Positions 1-12,934 are shown, counted from the stretch's first letter. The stretch: DNA of 58,946 nt from Octopus bimaculoides (GCF_001194135.2 NC_068989.1:91167536-91226481), one strand, 5' to 3'. Notes: generated by a model not told the origin, from the sequence alone. Numbers and translations: made by a program.

Positions 1-46
<46 letters not shown>

Positions 47-52
47 GTAATA

Positions 53-88
<36 letters not shown>
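1..88. repeat. (AAT)n followed by (AT)n microsatellite
   Basis: Read directly from the sequence. Confidence 0.95.
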
Positions 89-89
<1 letters not shown>

Positions 90-242
90 AAAACTCGAGT
101 CCGTGTGTATCACGTAAAGCTAGAGATGGGAGCGATGACCTCCCCTCACAAATACTAATCGGACACAGAACGTGTTTTGTTAGCCAGCTGGAGGAGATAT
201 CTTCCTGGGGCTATAGACGTCAGTAGCACTGTACTGTACTTA

Positions 243-368
243 GTTGGCATACTTTGTTGGCACACTTCGTTGGCACACTTCGTTGGCACACTTCGTTGGC
301 ACACTTCGTTGGTACACTTCGTTGGCACACTTCGTTGGCACACTTCATTGGCACACTTCGTTGGCATA
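243..368 (+). repeat. 13-bp minisatellite GTTGGCACACTTC, 9 full copies plus a partial
   Basis: Units start at 243, 256, 269 ... 347, 360 with no spacers. Confidence 0.95.
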
Positions 369-622
369 TATACATATATATACTTAGGGATTCAAGCAAA
401 TCAGGTCCATAAATTTCAAAGCACCAAGATCGGGTCAGTGATATTGCTGTCGTAATATGTGCTTACTAGAGTAAGTACTTATTTAAAATCCGGTTGTGTG
501 CACAATCACAAATGGCCAACTGTGTCATCAAGGTTGCACATGGGTACAATCGCTGCACCCATTACACTGCACTCAACAGACGCCAGATCCAAGCGAGTTG
601 CAAGTTGCGAGTAAGGTGAATG

Positions 623-960
623 ATAAACAAATAACAACAGATTGATTGTGGTTCACAACGGCTGTTTCAAGCGTGTTCTGTTTTTTATTGATGAATAAAA
701 TATTAGATCATGCAAAAAAAAAAAAAAACTGTTTACATCAGGTGAATACATGTAAAAATTGAACGTTTTGAACAACACATTAATAAGTCAAACTGGGACT
801 TTGTACTTGTTACTGAGATGTTCAAAATGTTTAATTTTTATATATATATCCACCAGATGAAAATGGTTTTTAAGCATGATGTAATACTTCTATACATCAA
901 TAAAAAACAAGTCTGAAACAGCTGTAGTGAACCACAATTCATCTGTTGTTATTTGCTTAT
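623..960. mobile_element. Foldback element (arms ~623-760 and ~833-960), each arm carrying a decayed hammerhead motif; probably Penelope pLTR-derived
   Basis: 623-672 is the reverse complement of 911-960 with a few mismatches, and the similarity extends inward. Plus arm: cac-CAGATGA...GAAA-cagctg-TA-gtg. Minus arm: ttcac-CTGATGT...GAAA-cagccg-TT-gtgaa. Confidence 0.65.
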
Positions 961-963
961 ATA

Positions 964-1750
964 TTAGGTCATCCCATAAGTTCTGTCCGATTTTAGATTT
1001 TCTAAACTTGACTGAAATTTAATAATAATTTAGAATGTCTAATGGAATTAAAAATTATTTTTATGCATTTGTGTACATTTAAACTAATTAAATATTATTT
1101 TACAGAATAATAGAATTAAAATTTCTTTGATTAAAACCCTTTCTAACATGGAAGTATCCAAAGAGGCATTTGAGGAACAAAGTGCTTTATAAGTACAAAA
1201 AAGAAAACTCTGCAGCCGAAGCGACTCGAAACATACACTCAGTTTATGGGAAAGAATGCTTGAATGAAAGAACTTGCAGAAGATGGTTTGCAAAATTCAG
1301 AAGTGAAGATTTCAGCCTTGAAGATGAAGATCGAATAGGACGTCCAGTTGAGTTCGATGATAAGCTCCTTGAGGCATTACTTGAAGAAAATCCTGCATTA
1401 TCAGTTGAAGAATTGGCAATAAAACTTAGTTCAAACCATACAACTCTTCATCGTTATCTTCAACAACTTGGAAAGGTTCCTAAACTTGGAAAATGGTTGC
1501 TTCATGAATTGTTCGAAAGCAACCGCAAATCCCGAGTTGACATTTGCTGTTCTCTCCATTCTCGCGAACTCATTCCACCCTTTTTAGATAGACTTGTGAC
1601 TGGTGACGGAAAATGGATCCTCTATCGAAATGTTAAACGTCGTAAATAGTGGCTTCGTAAAAGGGAAAAAGCTCAACCACAACCGAGAAGGGAACTTCAT
1701 GGGAAAAAGGTTCTTCTCTCTATTTGGTGGGATTACAAAGGAATAATTCA
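964..1750 (+). mobile_element. Mariner (DD34D) element, 5' half with left TIR; defective transposase
   Basis: TA then TIR TTAGGTCATCCCATAAGTTCTGTCCGA. ORF 1170-1649 has the HTH region, KLGKWLLHEL (WVPHEL-like) and LVTGDGKWILY (TGDEKW-like). After a stop it continues ...WWDYKGIIH, where it is cut off by a SINE tail. Confidence 0.92.
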
Positions 1751-1915
1751 CAACCAGTGCTGACTTGTTTACGTATTCATAAGAAAGCGCTTCTGTAAAA
1801 AAGACCAACAATGCCCGTGCCAGACTTAAAATATAAGTATCGATTTGTTTGTCTAAACCCCTCAAGGCAGTGCCCCTGCATGGCCGCAATCCAATGACTA
1901 AAATAAGCAAAAGAT
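1750..1915 (+). mobile_element. SINE family B 3' tail fragment
   Basis: Matches the tail motif ...aaggcagtgcccctgcatggccgcaatccaatgactaaaataagc seen at 34420-34470 and 37020-37080. Confidence 0.7.
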
Positions 1916-2160
1916 AAAATATAGTTTAAAAACTTGGAGTTGTACGCTTTTAACAACATAATTATTGAACGAAATCAAAAACTCAACCAATCAATGCTCG
2001 AGCTTTAAGCTTACAGGAACCTGAACAATGGAAATAAGTCGAAGAGGAAATCGGAATCTTGAACCTTTTTGTTACCATATTTCTGTTGCTGTTTGAATTT
2101 ATTTTGGAAAACATGGAAAATTAAGTTAAATACCCGTCATAATTAAGCTGGTATATTTTC

Positions 2161-2320
2161 AAGGTGGTCAGCTGGAAGAATCGCTTAATGCCAGAAAAAA
2201 TGCTTACTGGCATTTCGTCTGTCTTTACGTTCTAAGGTCAAATTATTTGAGCACTGGAGGAGATGTAATCGACTTACCCGGTTCCCAGTTGCTGGCCTTG
2301 TACTCAAATTTGAAATCATT
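2161..2320 (+). mobile_element. Degenerate tRNA-derived SINE family A
   Basis: aaggtggtcagctggaagaatcg...tacgttctaaggtcaaatt resembles the better copies at 24727 and 38464. Confidence 0.65.
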
Positions 2321-3014
2321 AATCAAATTGGTGTTTGAAACGTGAAAATTCAGTAGTTGTAATTTACTTCCCTTTGAAGTAGGAAGCTTGTATTGGAGAT
2401 CCCCGAGGCTGTTTCAGGCGGGTTGGTATCAAAAAGGTTAATATAAGATATTATTATGACAATCTATAAATTTACACATCAAAATAAAAATCAGCGGATT
2501 AATAAAATGTTGAATTTTAACGATTCCCCGCTAGTACATATCTAGATGCTTATCAAGTCGATGGATTGGTCGGGGGACACTTTTCCATGCGATATTTAGT
2601 TTGTTTATGATATGAATGCAACTCTAATCGCGATTAACTTTACCTTTCATCTCACAGGGATCGATAAAATGTATACCATTGAAGTAGTGGATAAAAATGT
2701 TTGACTGTACGCTTTTCTGAAATCTCTAGCCTTTACTCCCAGTTAGAAATATATATTAAGGCGCATATTAAATCGATCGGCCATATTTGATTCCAAGTAA
2801 AACGTTCCCCATGAGTCCACTTTTCTGAAAAGAAATCTATATGCTGAGATGTTGCTATTGAGCTAAGAAAATTTTAAATTAATTTTGTTATACATCACCT
2901 GAATGAAAGCAAGCCTTGAGGTAAGGCTACAAAACTATTAAAATTCTATTACCCTAATTTATGCGCATGAATGAATGTTTATGGGAAGATGTAATTGAGT
3001 AAATATTTTGCACA

Positions 3015-3060
<46 letters not shown>

Positions 3061-4149
3061 TATATGCGGAAATGTATGGATATGTATATATATATGTATA
3101 TATACCTAGAAATACATATTCATACATATATTTATGTGTGTGTCTGTGTGTATGTATATATGTATATATAAAGATATAAGTATGTACATATATATGTAGT
3201 GATCTTTAAATAGTCAATTACCTACACTTATAAGCATGCATTCATGCACATGAATTAGATTGATAGATTTTAATGGCTTATATATGTATGTACACACACA
3301 CTCACACACTCACACACAGTTACAGAACACTATTGATCCATATCATTAGAGTTACTTCTCTATCTCTCGTTCCGTATTTCTCTCAGATCGTTCCCTATAA
3401 TACATGCATACACCCACCAACATATATATACATATATATGTACACACAAACAGACACACACATACACATGTATGTATGTGTATATCTGTGTGTGTGTGTG
3501 TGTGTGTATGTCTGTAATTACGCCAAAATATTACGCACAAACGCGTACGGACGCACGCATACAGGCACCAGCTTACACACGTACGTATATCCACTTGTTT
3601 CTATAACGCCAATGATACATATATATATATATATATAGGAATAAAATATTGATCATGGTATACATACATGCATACACACACATACACACACACATACATT
3701 CTAGAGCATGATTTTGAAACCGCAACATAATTGAAAGACTCATTTACATTTTTAATGAATATTTATGATATCGGAGAATACTCCTTTCATAGTTTATCAA
3801 AATTTCAAGGAAGTTTGCAATATTGGATAATACCTAAGAATAATTTTAGGAATTATTCCATATTGTAAACATAAGGAAAAGGTAGGGAGAGATAACATTT
3901 GAACGTCCATGTCTTCTGGATGATATTTAAATAATGCTAGTGTAAAGATATGGTTCTTACTTCAGTTGTTGCTGGCATTTTTTCACCCTCTTTTACATTT
4001 TCATGGTGTCACAACACACTTATACCCCGTAGGAATCGATTAATTTTGTATTTATTTCAAATGCGTTTGTCATTGTCAAGATGGTGTTTAAATTATACTT
4101 TGTAGTCAATAGCAGTCGGTATATGTAAAATAAAGGCTGAACTAAATAA

Positions 4150-4320
4150 ACATATTATTTCCAGATATTTTTCACTTTCACCCAACGATCTCAGAGTTGT
4201 TCCTTGAAGTAAGTGGTGGAAGAAAGACTGTACCATTGTAGATCGCGGGAGGAAAGCTAGTTGCTACACATGCGGCAGTAATGGTCATTTGAGAGCTTTT
4301 TACTCAGAAAAGAAGTAAAA
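4150..4320 (+). pseudogene. Gag/ORF1-like zinc-knuckle fragment
   Basis: Frame through 4262 reads IVDRGRKASCYTCGSNGHLRAFY, a decayed CX2CX4HX4C. Confidence 0.55.
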
Positions 4321-4559
4321 ATAAAGCAACAACATTTGTAGGCCACCAAGGCTACTGATTGCTAAATCTTAGTTCTAAAAGCTGACTAGAAAAACAAAGG
4401 AGCTTGCCCCAGTTTATAACCAACAGCGCGCCTGGCACCCATGAACCTTTCGACAGGCAACTGTTATATCTTCATATCAGGATCCACCATTTAAAACCTG
4501 TGTCGCATGGATCGTCCCTCCGTCGGTTTCGGCAAGGAGCATCCAGTTTCTTAATCAAG

Positions 4560-5208
4560 CGAACTCTCTACTCGTTGAATTAATGTATAAACAGCAACGG
4601 CTGAGTATTCCGTAAACACTTATATTTCTAACGAAATTTCTACGGCTAATCAACGTGATGCAATATAAAGCAAAGCTCGTACCTGCACATATATAAATAT
4701 AAATAGCTAACTCCCCAAATCTTAACATACCCTTCAGTTGTCTCTCAGTAAATGGGCTTCTACATAGTTTCTCTTTATTTAATTTCATTCACAAAGCTCA
4801 GGAAGAGATTTCAGAACACGAAGAGAATTCACAAAAATGTCCGTCAGCAGGAACAAAATTAATATTTCATGCAAAATTTCTCCGTTCACTGGTAATCCAA
4901 CTGGCGGCTACAAGGAAAAATCACAGTTCGAATTCTTGGCGGCAAGTCACGCCCGCCAAAACAATTCACCTTAAGTGAACAATAACGCTTAACTGCCAGC
5001 TGACAAATGACCAGGGTCCAGTGAGGAGTTCTTGCCTGGGAAAAAAATATTACACACCAAACAACAAACTCCCACTGGACCCAAAAAACAAAAGCCTTAC
5101 CTTACAGCTGAGCTCTTTTTGTCAATAATTCGCAGCTACAAAATAGCGTGCGACTTCCTTAGTGCCAAGAACAACACTAACAACAGCGCATGCGTGTAAG
5201 CGGTAAGC
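4560..5208 (-). mobile_element. Family X element, 5' leader copy
   Basis: Minus-strand cagctgtaaggtaagg...cagtgggagtttgttg aligns with the leader at 16480-16540. Confidence 0.55.
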
Positions 5209-6275
5209 GGGCTGGACATCTGCATTAATGAGATGAATGAAAAATATATAAATGGATGGAGGAAACGAACGGCGCCCGCCGACCGCCATTTCCCGAAAAC
5301 AATTTCCTTTAAAATAGGATGATGTTTCAAAACCACTTACCATTTAACACTAACGAGGCATTTTAACCTCTTACTCGTTAAAATGTCCATCATCTTCAAT
5401 ATCACTTATGATCCCATATCCCGCCATTTCCCATGCCTCGTTCAAAAATGTGGCGTATGACGTATTAGGGCCACCCAGCCATAAGCAAAACTCCTTTTTC
5501 AATTTTTCCAGCTTTTGCAACAAGGAAAACCTTATGACCTCCACACCTATCTGCGGAGGTCATTCAGGATCCCGTATGCAGGCCAGAACTGCTCCCTCTT
5601 GGAGTTCCTCCACCATTTATTCCAGCTCCCCGCCCCTGTAGAAGAAGACAAGTAATTCCTCGTCTTCAGGGGGTGGGGTTATTCCTTCCACCGTCGGTGG
5701 CACAATTCCCACCGACGATGGCTCTTCACTCGTCGGTGGCACAATTCCCACCGATGAAGTTCCGGAACATGCCAGAATTGTGTTACCGACCGCTGACAAT
5801 GTCCCGTTTATCTTTTTCTTCCTCTTTTTTTCTTTCCTACTGAGGAAGGGTGGGTTTCCTTCGTAACCGGGGGATCCACCTCAGCCCCAGGATCCCTTGG
5901 TGAGCAATCATTGTTGCTCACTTTCTTCCTCCTGTCACCCCTCCCTACGGAGGCCTCCGCCTCCTCGAACATCCCTCACTCCCACTTCTAGAGAAGCACC
6001 AACCGCTCCAGGACGCTTCCTTGGTCCTGGGGGCTGTTCTGTTTTACATGGCCAGGCTCCAGACATCGGTGACACTTGTGGGGGTGAGCCACAAGAATCA
6101 TCGGGTACCCGCACCCAGCCATAGTCAGAAAGTCCGGGAAGACCAAATTATTTGCTGATTGGGTCCACAGGATCAAAACCACTTTTGACCCGACCCAATC
6201 AGCCACTGATAACAATTTTACACTGAGGATCTTGGTGCTGCTGCCACTCAGACCCCGGTGGACAGTGTCCCCCAT
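5209..6275 (-). mobile_element. Family X element: decayed Gag/ORF1-like ORF (zinc knuckle, P/T-rich linker, conserved C-terminal block), no RT seen
   Basis: CHRCLEPGHVKQNS at 6033-6074; EEPSSVGIVPP...EELLVFFYRGG; PPQIGVEV...KEFCLWLGGPNT. Homologous to 17050-17450. Flanked by a 52-bp direct repeat (5157-5208 and 6276-6327). Confidence 0.7.
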
Positions 6276-7569
6276 CCTTAGTGCCAAGAACAACACTAAA
6301 AACAGCGCATGCGTGTAAGCGGTAAGCAAGCTACTTACCATACAACCACTCCTGCGCCTAATGACTGAAAAAAGTAAAAGAAGATAATTAACTGTGGCAA
6401 TTAACGCAGATATTTAACGGTAAGCAATGATTGTGAAGGAATGAACTTAATTCAGTGAGCATAAAAACCCAGTTGCAGATATTTCCACGGTGCGATGAGG
6501 AAAATACAACATTAGCACACATATTAATATTATGGTAATGATCTTTGCAAGGAAGGGAAACAAATGCTGACATATTTCTGCCCCTTAGGCATCCTCAGCG
6601 AAAACTGTATTTCACTGTTGTTTTCGAAGAACTGAAGCAAGCGTCACTAAGTAGATGTATGAATAGCATTATGCACCAATAGCTGCGAAAAATTAAGCAT
6701 TTTTAAAAATAAATAATTAAAAATTGAAGCTGATAATTCTCAACAGATTATGAGCGAAAGGTGAGACTACGTTTACCAATTCTATTCCAAGGATTAAAAG
6801 CTTAAAGAACACATATATTCGTGGTGTCATATCGTTTTTTCTTTCATGCTTTTCATCAATGCTTGCACCTTCCTTCTCTAATGCATTTCACTCTTCCATT
6901 CCCATTCTCTCTCTTTCTCTCTCTCTTTGTCAGTTAGCACAGGATTTTTTTGTGTAAGTTTTAATATATTCCTCCCAACCCAGCCTTCATCTCATGTTTC
7001 GCTCCAGTACCTCAAATTCATTCATACATTCATAAATTTTTATTTATATGCAGCTTTCATGGTCCTGTCTATGCATTTGTCGACCCTCCCTCAACCTATA
7101 TGGACATGCACGCACATACACACATGTGAGTCAGTGTGCGTAAGTATATATNNNNNNNNNNNNNNNNNNNNNNNNNNNNNNNNNNNNNNNNNNNNNNNNN
7201 NNNNNNNNNNNNNNNNNNNNNNNNNNNNNNNNNNNNNNNNNNNNNNNNNNNNNNNNNNNNNNNNNNNNNNNNNNNNNNNNNNNNNNNNNNNNNNNNNNNN
7301 NNNNNNNNNNNNNNNNNNNNNNNNNNNNNNNNNNNNNNNNNNNNNNNNNNNNNNNNNNNNNNNNNNNNNNNNNNNNNNNNNNNNNNNNNNNNNNNNTGTA
7401 TATATATGTGTGCACATATGTATATATATGTATAAAGTGATCATCAATATTATTCTTTGACTTTTTTTTCACTTTATACCACTTTCTCTTTCTCCTCTCC
7501 AACTAACAAGATAATAATCGATCATTTTGAAATTACTGTCTACTGGCATAATCGAACACACATATAGAC

Positions 7570-7582
7570 ATGCATATATCCG

Positions 7583-7624
<42 letters not shown>

Positions 7625-7790
7625 AATATATATATATATATACAATGTCTATGTATGTGTGTGATTATTGTGTGCGTATGTGTGTATGTGTGTATGTGTG
7701 TATTTCACATGCGTGCGTGCATATGTGTGTGTGTGTGCGTGCGTGCGTGTATGTGTGTGTGTGTATGTGTGTGTGTAAACATGCATAATC
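7570..7790. repeat. Compound (CA)n/(TA)n/(TG)n microsatellite
   Basis: Read directly from the sequence. Confidence 0.9.
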
Positions 7791-8467
7791 TCTGTATTAA
7801 ATCTTTGAACGCACTTATTTTCTACTTTTCTTTTCGTTTGTAAATATCCACTAAAAATCCAGCATTTAAATATTCACTGGCATACGAGCGCAAACGCACT
7901 AATATACATATACATACTCGCATATACATACGCTTCTATATCTTATGTTTGCATAGTAATGGGGGCGCCCGCACGCACACACAGAAACACACACACACAC
8001 ACACACAAACACGCACACACATCCATATTCATTGTCGATTGGTAACGATCGTGAGATTAAGCCTTCATTTAGGTATGTGCGTATATATATATATATATAT
8101 ATATNNNNNNNNNNNNNNNNNNNNNNNNNNNNNNNNNNNNNNNNNNNNNNNNNNNNNNNNNNNNNNNNNNNNNNNNNNNNNNNNNNNNNNNNNNNNNNNN
8201 NNNNNNNNNNNNNNNNNNNNNNNNNNNNNNNNNNNNNNNNNNNNNNNNNNNNNNNNNNNNNNNNNNNNNNNNNNNNNNNNNNNNNNNNNNNNNNNNNNNN
8301 NNNNNNNNNNNNNNNNNNNNNNNNNNNNNNNNNNNNNNNNNNNNNNNNNNNNNNNNNNNNNNNNNNNNNNNNNNNNNNNNNNNNNNNNNNNNNNNNNNNN
8401 NNNNNNNNNNNNNNNNNNNNNNNNNNNNNNNNNNNNNNNNNNNNNNNNNNNNNNNNNNNNNNNNNNN

Positions 8468-8514
<47 letters not shown>

Positions 8515-9794
8515 CACCCATGTATGCATGATCTTCAGTACATATATTTGCTGAACTGTATGTGCGTATATGTGTGTGCTTGTATGCATCTGCGACCTTC
8601 TGTGTATGCAGCAACATTTTAATTAAAATACAAATACTCGTACACCCATTATGTGTACATACATTCTTTGCCTGTTAGAAATCGATTTTCTTTGAATGTC
8701 TGTGATCATTCGTTGCTTCCATAATTCATATCTCTAGTCTTTTGAAACCAGCAAACCATATTGGGAATGTTGGTACTTCCGTTGTGCTAAAGGGAATTCT
8801 TTCACCAAATATTCTTTATAAATGCCATACAGACAGGTCAACAACATCGGAAGGTCATAGTGGCCGAGTGCTAAAGTTAAATAACCTGTCGTTATGAGCT
8901 GATTTAATGCGACGTTACACTGCAATGCTTTTATGCAAGGACGGCCAAATCCTTGTGGACGAATTAAGTAGACGGAAACTGGAAGGAAGCCCATCAAATA
9001 CATATTTATATTTATATACATATATATATTGATATATATATATACATATACATACATATACGTATATATACATAAATGCATACATACTTATATGTATATG
9101 CATATACTTGTATACATACATACATACATACATACATGAAACTAGGAACAGAATAACNNNNNNNNNNNNNNNNNNNNNNNNNNNNNNNNNNNNNNNNNNN
9201 NNNNNNNNNNNNNNNNNNNNNNNNNNNNNNNNNNNNNNNNNNNNNNNNNNNNNNNNNNNNNNNNNNNNNNNNNNNNNNNNNNNNNNNNNNNNNNNNNNNN
9301 NNNNNNNNNNNNNNNNNNNNNNNNNNNNNNNNNNNNNNNNNNNNNNNNNNNNNNNNNNNNNNNNNNNNNNNNNNNNNNNNNNNNNNNNNNNNNNNNNNNN
9401 NNNNNNNNNNNNNNNNNNNNNNNNNNNNNNNNNNNNNNNNNNNNNNNNNNNNNNNNNNNNNNNNNNNNNNNNNNNNNNNNNNNNNNNNNNNNNNNNNNNN
9501 NNNNNNNNNNNNNNNNNNNNNNNNNNNNNNNNNNNNNNNNNNNNNNNNNNNNNNNNNNNNNNNNNNNNNNNNNNNNNNNNNNNNNNNNNNNNNNNNNNNN
9601 NNNNNNNNNNNNNNNNNNNNNNNNNNNNNNNNNNNNNNNNNNNNNNNNNNNNNNNNNAAGGGCAACATTTTAATTTACGACATAAGTTATGATTCTGCAG
9701 TATCTGAGTCATATGTGGGAAGTGTCTGTGTGATCATATGGTCTGCTAGAAATAACAGCGAAATACTATGCAATCTGTATCAATTATACCGTAT

Positions 9795-9880
9795 GCCTAC
9801 CTACCTACCTACCTACCTACCTACCTACCTACCTACCTACCTACCTACATACATACATACATACATATATACATACATGC
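9795..9880 (+). repeat. (CTAC)n/(ATAC)n tetranucleotide repeat
   Basis: Read directly from the sequence. Confidence 0.9.
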
Positions 9881-10314
9881 AGATATTCATACATGCAGAT
9901 ATGGATACATGCAGGCATACATATTCGAACTGGCCGAATCGTTAGAGTGTGGAAAAAAAACCCACTTAGGAATACTATGTGCAAATCTTTACATTCTGAG
10001 TTCAATTCATGTCGTTTCTTATCTTCGGTTATTTCTCTTTTAAATTATTTTGATTCTTAAAACTGCCTCACTCCCATTCTTTAGAATTGTCTTTACACCT
10101 TGACTGACTGTTCATTACATTGCTACCATGACTACGCCACCCATACATCTCATCTCCTCATCATCTCTCTCATCCCTACCTATTCACTTCATCTTCTCTT
10201 CCTCTCTTTTCTATATCTTTCTGATATCGCCATTGCTTATTCCTCGCGCCATCTATTTACCTTTTATTCTCTGATAATCGTATAAATCCTATTTCAATAT
10301 TATATCTGCCGTCA

Positions 10315-10530
10315 AGGAGGCGAGCTGGCAGAATCGCTATCTCACTGGACGAAATGCTTAGTGGTATTTCGCCCATCGCTACGTTCTGAGCTCAAATTCC
10401 GCTGAAGTCGACTTTGCCTTTCATCTTGTCGGGATCAATAAAGAAAGTACCTGTTGACTAATGGAGTCGATATAAGCGACTAAACCCCACCTCCTCCAAG
10501 CTGCACTTGTGACAAAAATTTGAAATAATT
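10315..10530 (+). mobile_element. tRNA-derived SINE family A
   Basis: ggcgagctggcagaatcg head, gagctcaaattcc B-box-like motif, gtcgactttgcctttcatc core. Confidence 0.85.
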
Positions 10531-10615
10531 ATATCTGCTCTCTACTCGTCTAGACTACTTATCATCTTACATCCCTGTTTATATATAATCTGATCTCGCT
10601 GCATAAATTCACCTC

Positions 10616-10763
10616 TCTTCTGATGATGGCTAGATTGATCGCACAACTTACACCTGTGCTACCTCATATACAAGAGTTCACAACAATCTTGCCTTATATA
10701 TATGTAGACACAATACACGTAACTGCTTCTAATGTATACTTACTCCAGAAACAGCTGTAAAGA
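10616..10763 (+). ncRNA. Candidate type I hammerhead ribozyme with long loop II
   Basis: tctt-CTGATGA(10620-26)-tgg...cca-GAAA(10748-51)-cagctg-TA-aaga. Stem I 4 bp, stem II 3 bp, stem III palindrome ACAGCTGT. Confidence 0.5.
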
Positions 10764-11025
10764 ACTACTTGCAATTTTCTATCAATTACTTGCGACACTT
10801 TCTCTAGTGATCTCAGCTGTTTTGCCTACTAATCTAAGTCGTACCAAACCTAAGGACTACTCGAATTCTCCCCCATCTTATCAACCACGTGAATTTCCAC
10901 CCTCTTGTTTCGGTTTGTTTATGCTAAATATTTTTGTATTCTTTTTGGTATAAATATGTTATAAATAACTTGATACCTTGCGACTTCCTGTTGATATTTT
11001 GACACTATGAATTATTACACCAATA

Positions 11026-11085
<60 letters not shown>

Positions 11086-12117
11086 NNNNNNNNNNNNNNN
11101 NNNNNNNNNNNNNNNNNNNNNNNNNNNNNNNNNNNNNNNNNNNNNNNNNNNNNNNNNNNNNNNNNNNNNNNNNNNNNNNNNNNNNNNNNNNNNNNNNNNN
11201 NNNNNNNNNNNNNNNNNNNNNNNNNNNNNNNNNNNNNNNNNNNNNNNNNNNNNNNNNNNNNNNNNNNNNNNNNNNNNNNNNNNNNNNNNNNNNNNNNNNN
11301 NNNNNNNNNNNNNNNNNNNNNNNNNNNNNNNNNNNNNNNNNNNNNNNNNNNNNNNNNNNNNNNNNNNATATATATATATATATATTTATACATATATATA
11401 TATATATATACATGAAAGGTCATTCAGAAATGAAACAGTTGCCTTTGGCAGCAGACGGTTGTGGAAGAATCGTAAATGTTATATTCTTATATTCTGTCTC
11501 TTCAGCAATAAGAACGAATGGAAACTTTCTGCGACAATTGTTTGTTAAAAATCCTGGATTTATTTGGTTTAGTTTGCTTGTGGGTAATTATCAGAAAGAA
11601 ACTGACGTAATTCCAAGCCTTTGGCGATAATATATGTTGCACAAACTTTGGAATCAGAAAGACGTATTTAATGAAAGAACGCAAGCGTTGTTGCGTCTGG
11701 CTAGTTGCTCATTTAGCGGTGATTGACCGAGGAGGCATCGTAAAGCAGGAAAAGAATTACTGAACGTATTTAATTGAATAAATAAGCCGAAGTGAATGAG
11801 ACATGCGTCTGCGTGGTTGCACCACGTGCTAGAAATAGATCCCACAACCCAGACTCTACTGTATAGAAATATAGAGTGCGTTGAACGCGTTTAAATCAAT
11901 CAATCAATGAATCAATCTGTCTATCTATTTATCTATCTGTCTGTCTATGGGGCTGGGGTGGCTGGAAGCATAGCTCTCGATAATGAGTTAAATTAAGGTG
12001 GGATTGTCACGACTGGGTTGGATTCGATCATGGGTATGTTGGTTCGGAGGTTAACAATATCAACTACATCAACGCTAGTAAGTGTACCAATAACTATAAC
12101 AGAAACAACACCAAGAT

Positions 12118-12300
12118 TTCAAAATTTTGGCCAGCTACTTTTGAGGGGAGGGGAAATTGATTGCATCAACCCCGGTGATTGACTGGTACTTATTTTATCG
12201 ATCATGACAGAATTTAATCTCAGAACGTAAACAACCGGAAGAAACGCCACCAGACATTTTGTTCGGGTCATTAACGATTCTGTCAGCTCGCCGCCTTAAA
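12118..12300 (-). mobile_element. SINE family A, internally deleted
   Basis: Reverse complement of head ...ctgtcagctcgccgcctt and of the tail. Confidence 0.8.
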
Positions 12301-12622
12301 AAGTACCAAAAATCAGGATAACAACAACAACACCAACAATATCTACTACAACATCAGCGGAAAAACGATAAGAAAATGAAATTATCCATGTGTAACCGAC
12401 TGTCCACTAAGCTTGCTAGTGGACAATGAATGGCCCTTGTTTCAATCTGTGTACAACATCTTTCATGTAGGGCCAAGGGCTGAGTCAAATAATTATTAGT
12501 CGAATAATAACCTTGAAACAACAAAAGCATCCCTTCTTGACTTGGCCACTGGATCTGCTAAACATAGCAGCTAAATGTCTTTCAAATCACACTCTACCGT
12601 CTTCGAAAAAGGTGACGTTTCC

Positions 12623-12653
<31 letters not shown>

Positions 12654-12934
12654 TGGTTACGGATAGAATGCCTTTAACTATAGGCCTTAACGATCAAAGA
12701 CGAACTGGAATCAAACAAAAACATCAACTAACCACGAACCAACAATTTGCTTGAAAATATTGGCATGTGACCAATGGTCGAGCCCATCCTGTTTTTTAGT
12801 ATGTCATCTGCTTAGTTAAAATATGTGGGTTGTAGTTTGAGGGAGAATATGCTGCTATTTCTAATATATCGAGTGAAAATCTAGATTTTCTACTTGGTTG
12901 TAGCATCGAAATGAAGTACCATAAAATATTGGTG

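Noticed and set aside
243-368. 13-bp repeat as a CRISPR array
   Set aside because: No spacers; eukaryotic context; it is a simple minisatellite.
2895-2940. CTGAATGA...agcctt/aaggct HHR-like motif
   Set aside because: Core spacing is wrong and there is no GAAA.
11506-11583. Cys-loop receptor exon (KNEWKLSATIV) after a strong acceptor
   Set aside because: That frame hits a stop where the conserved DR should be; a short match is not enough.
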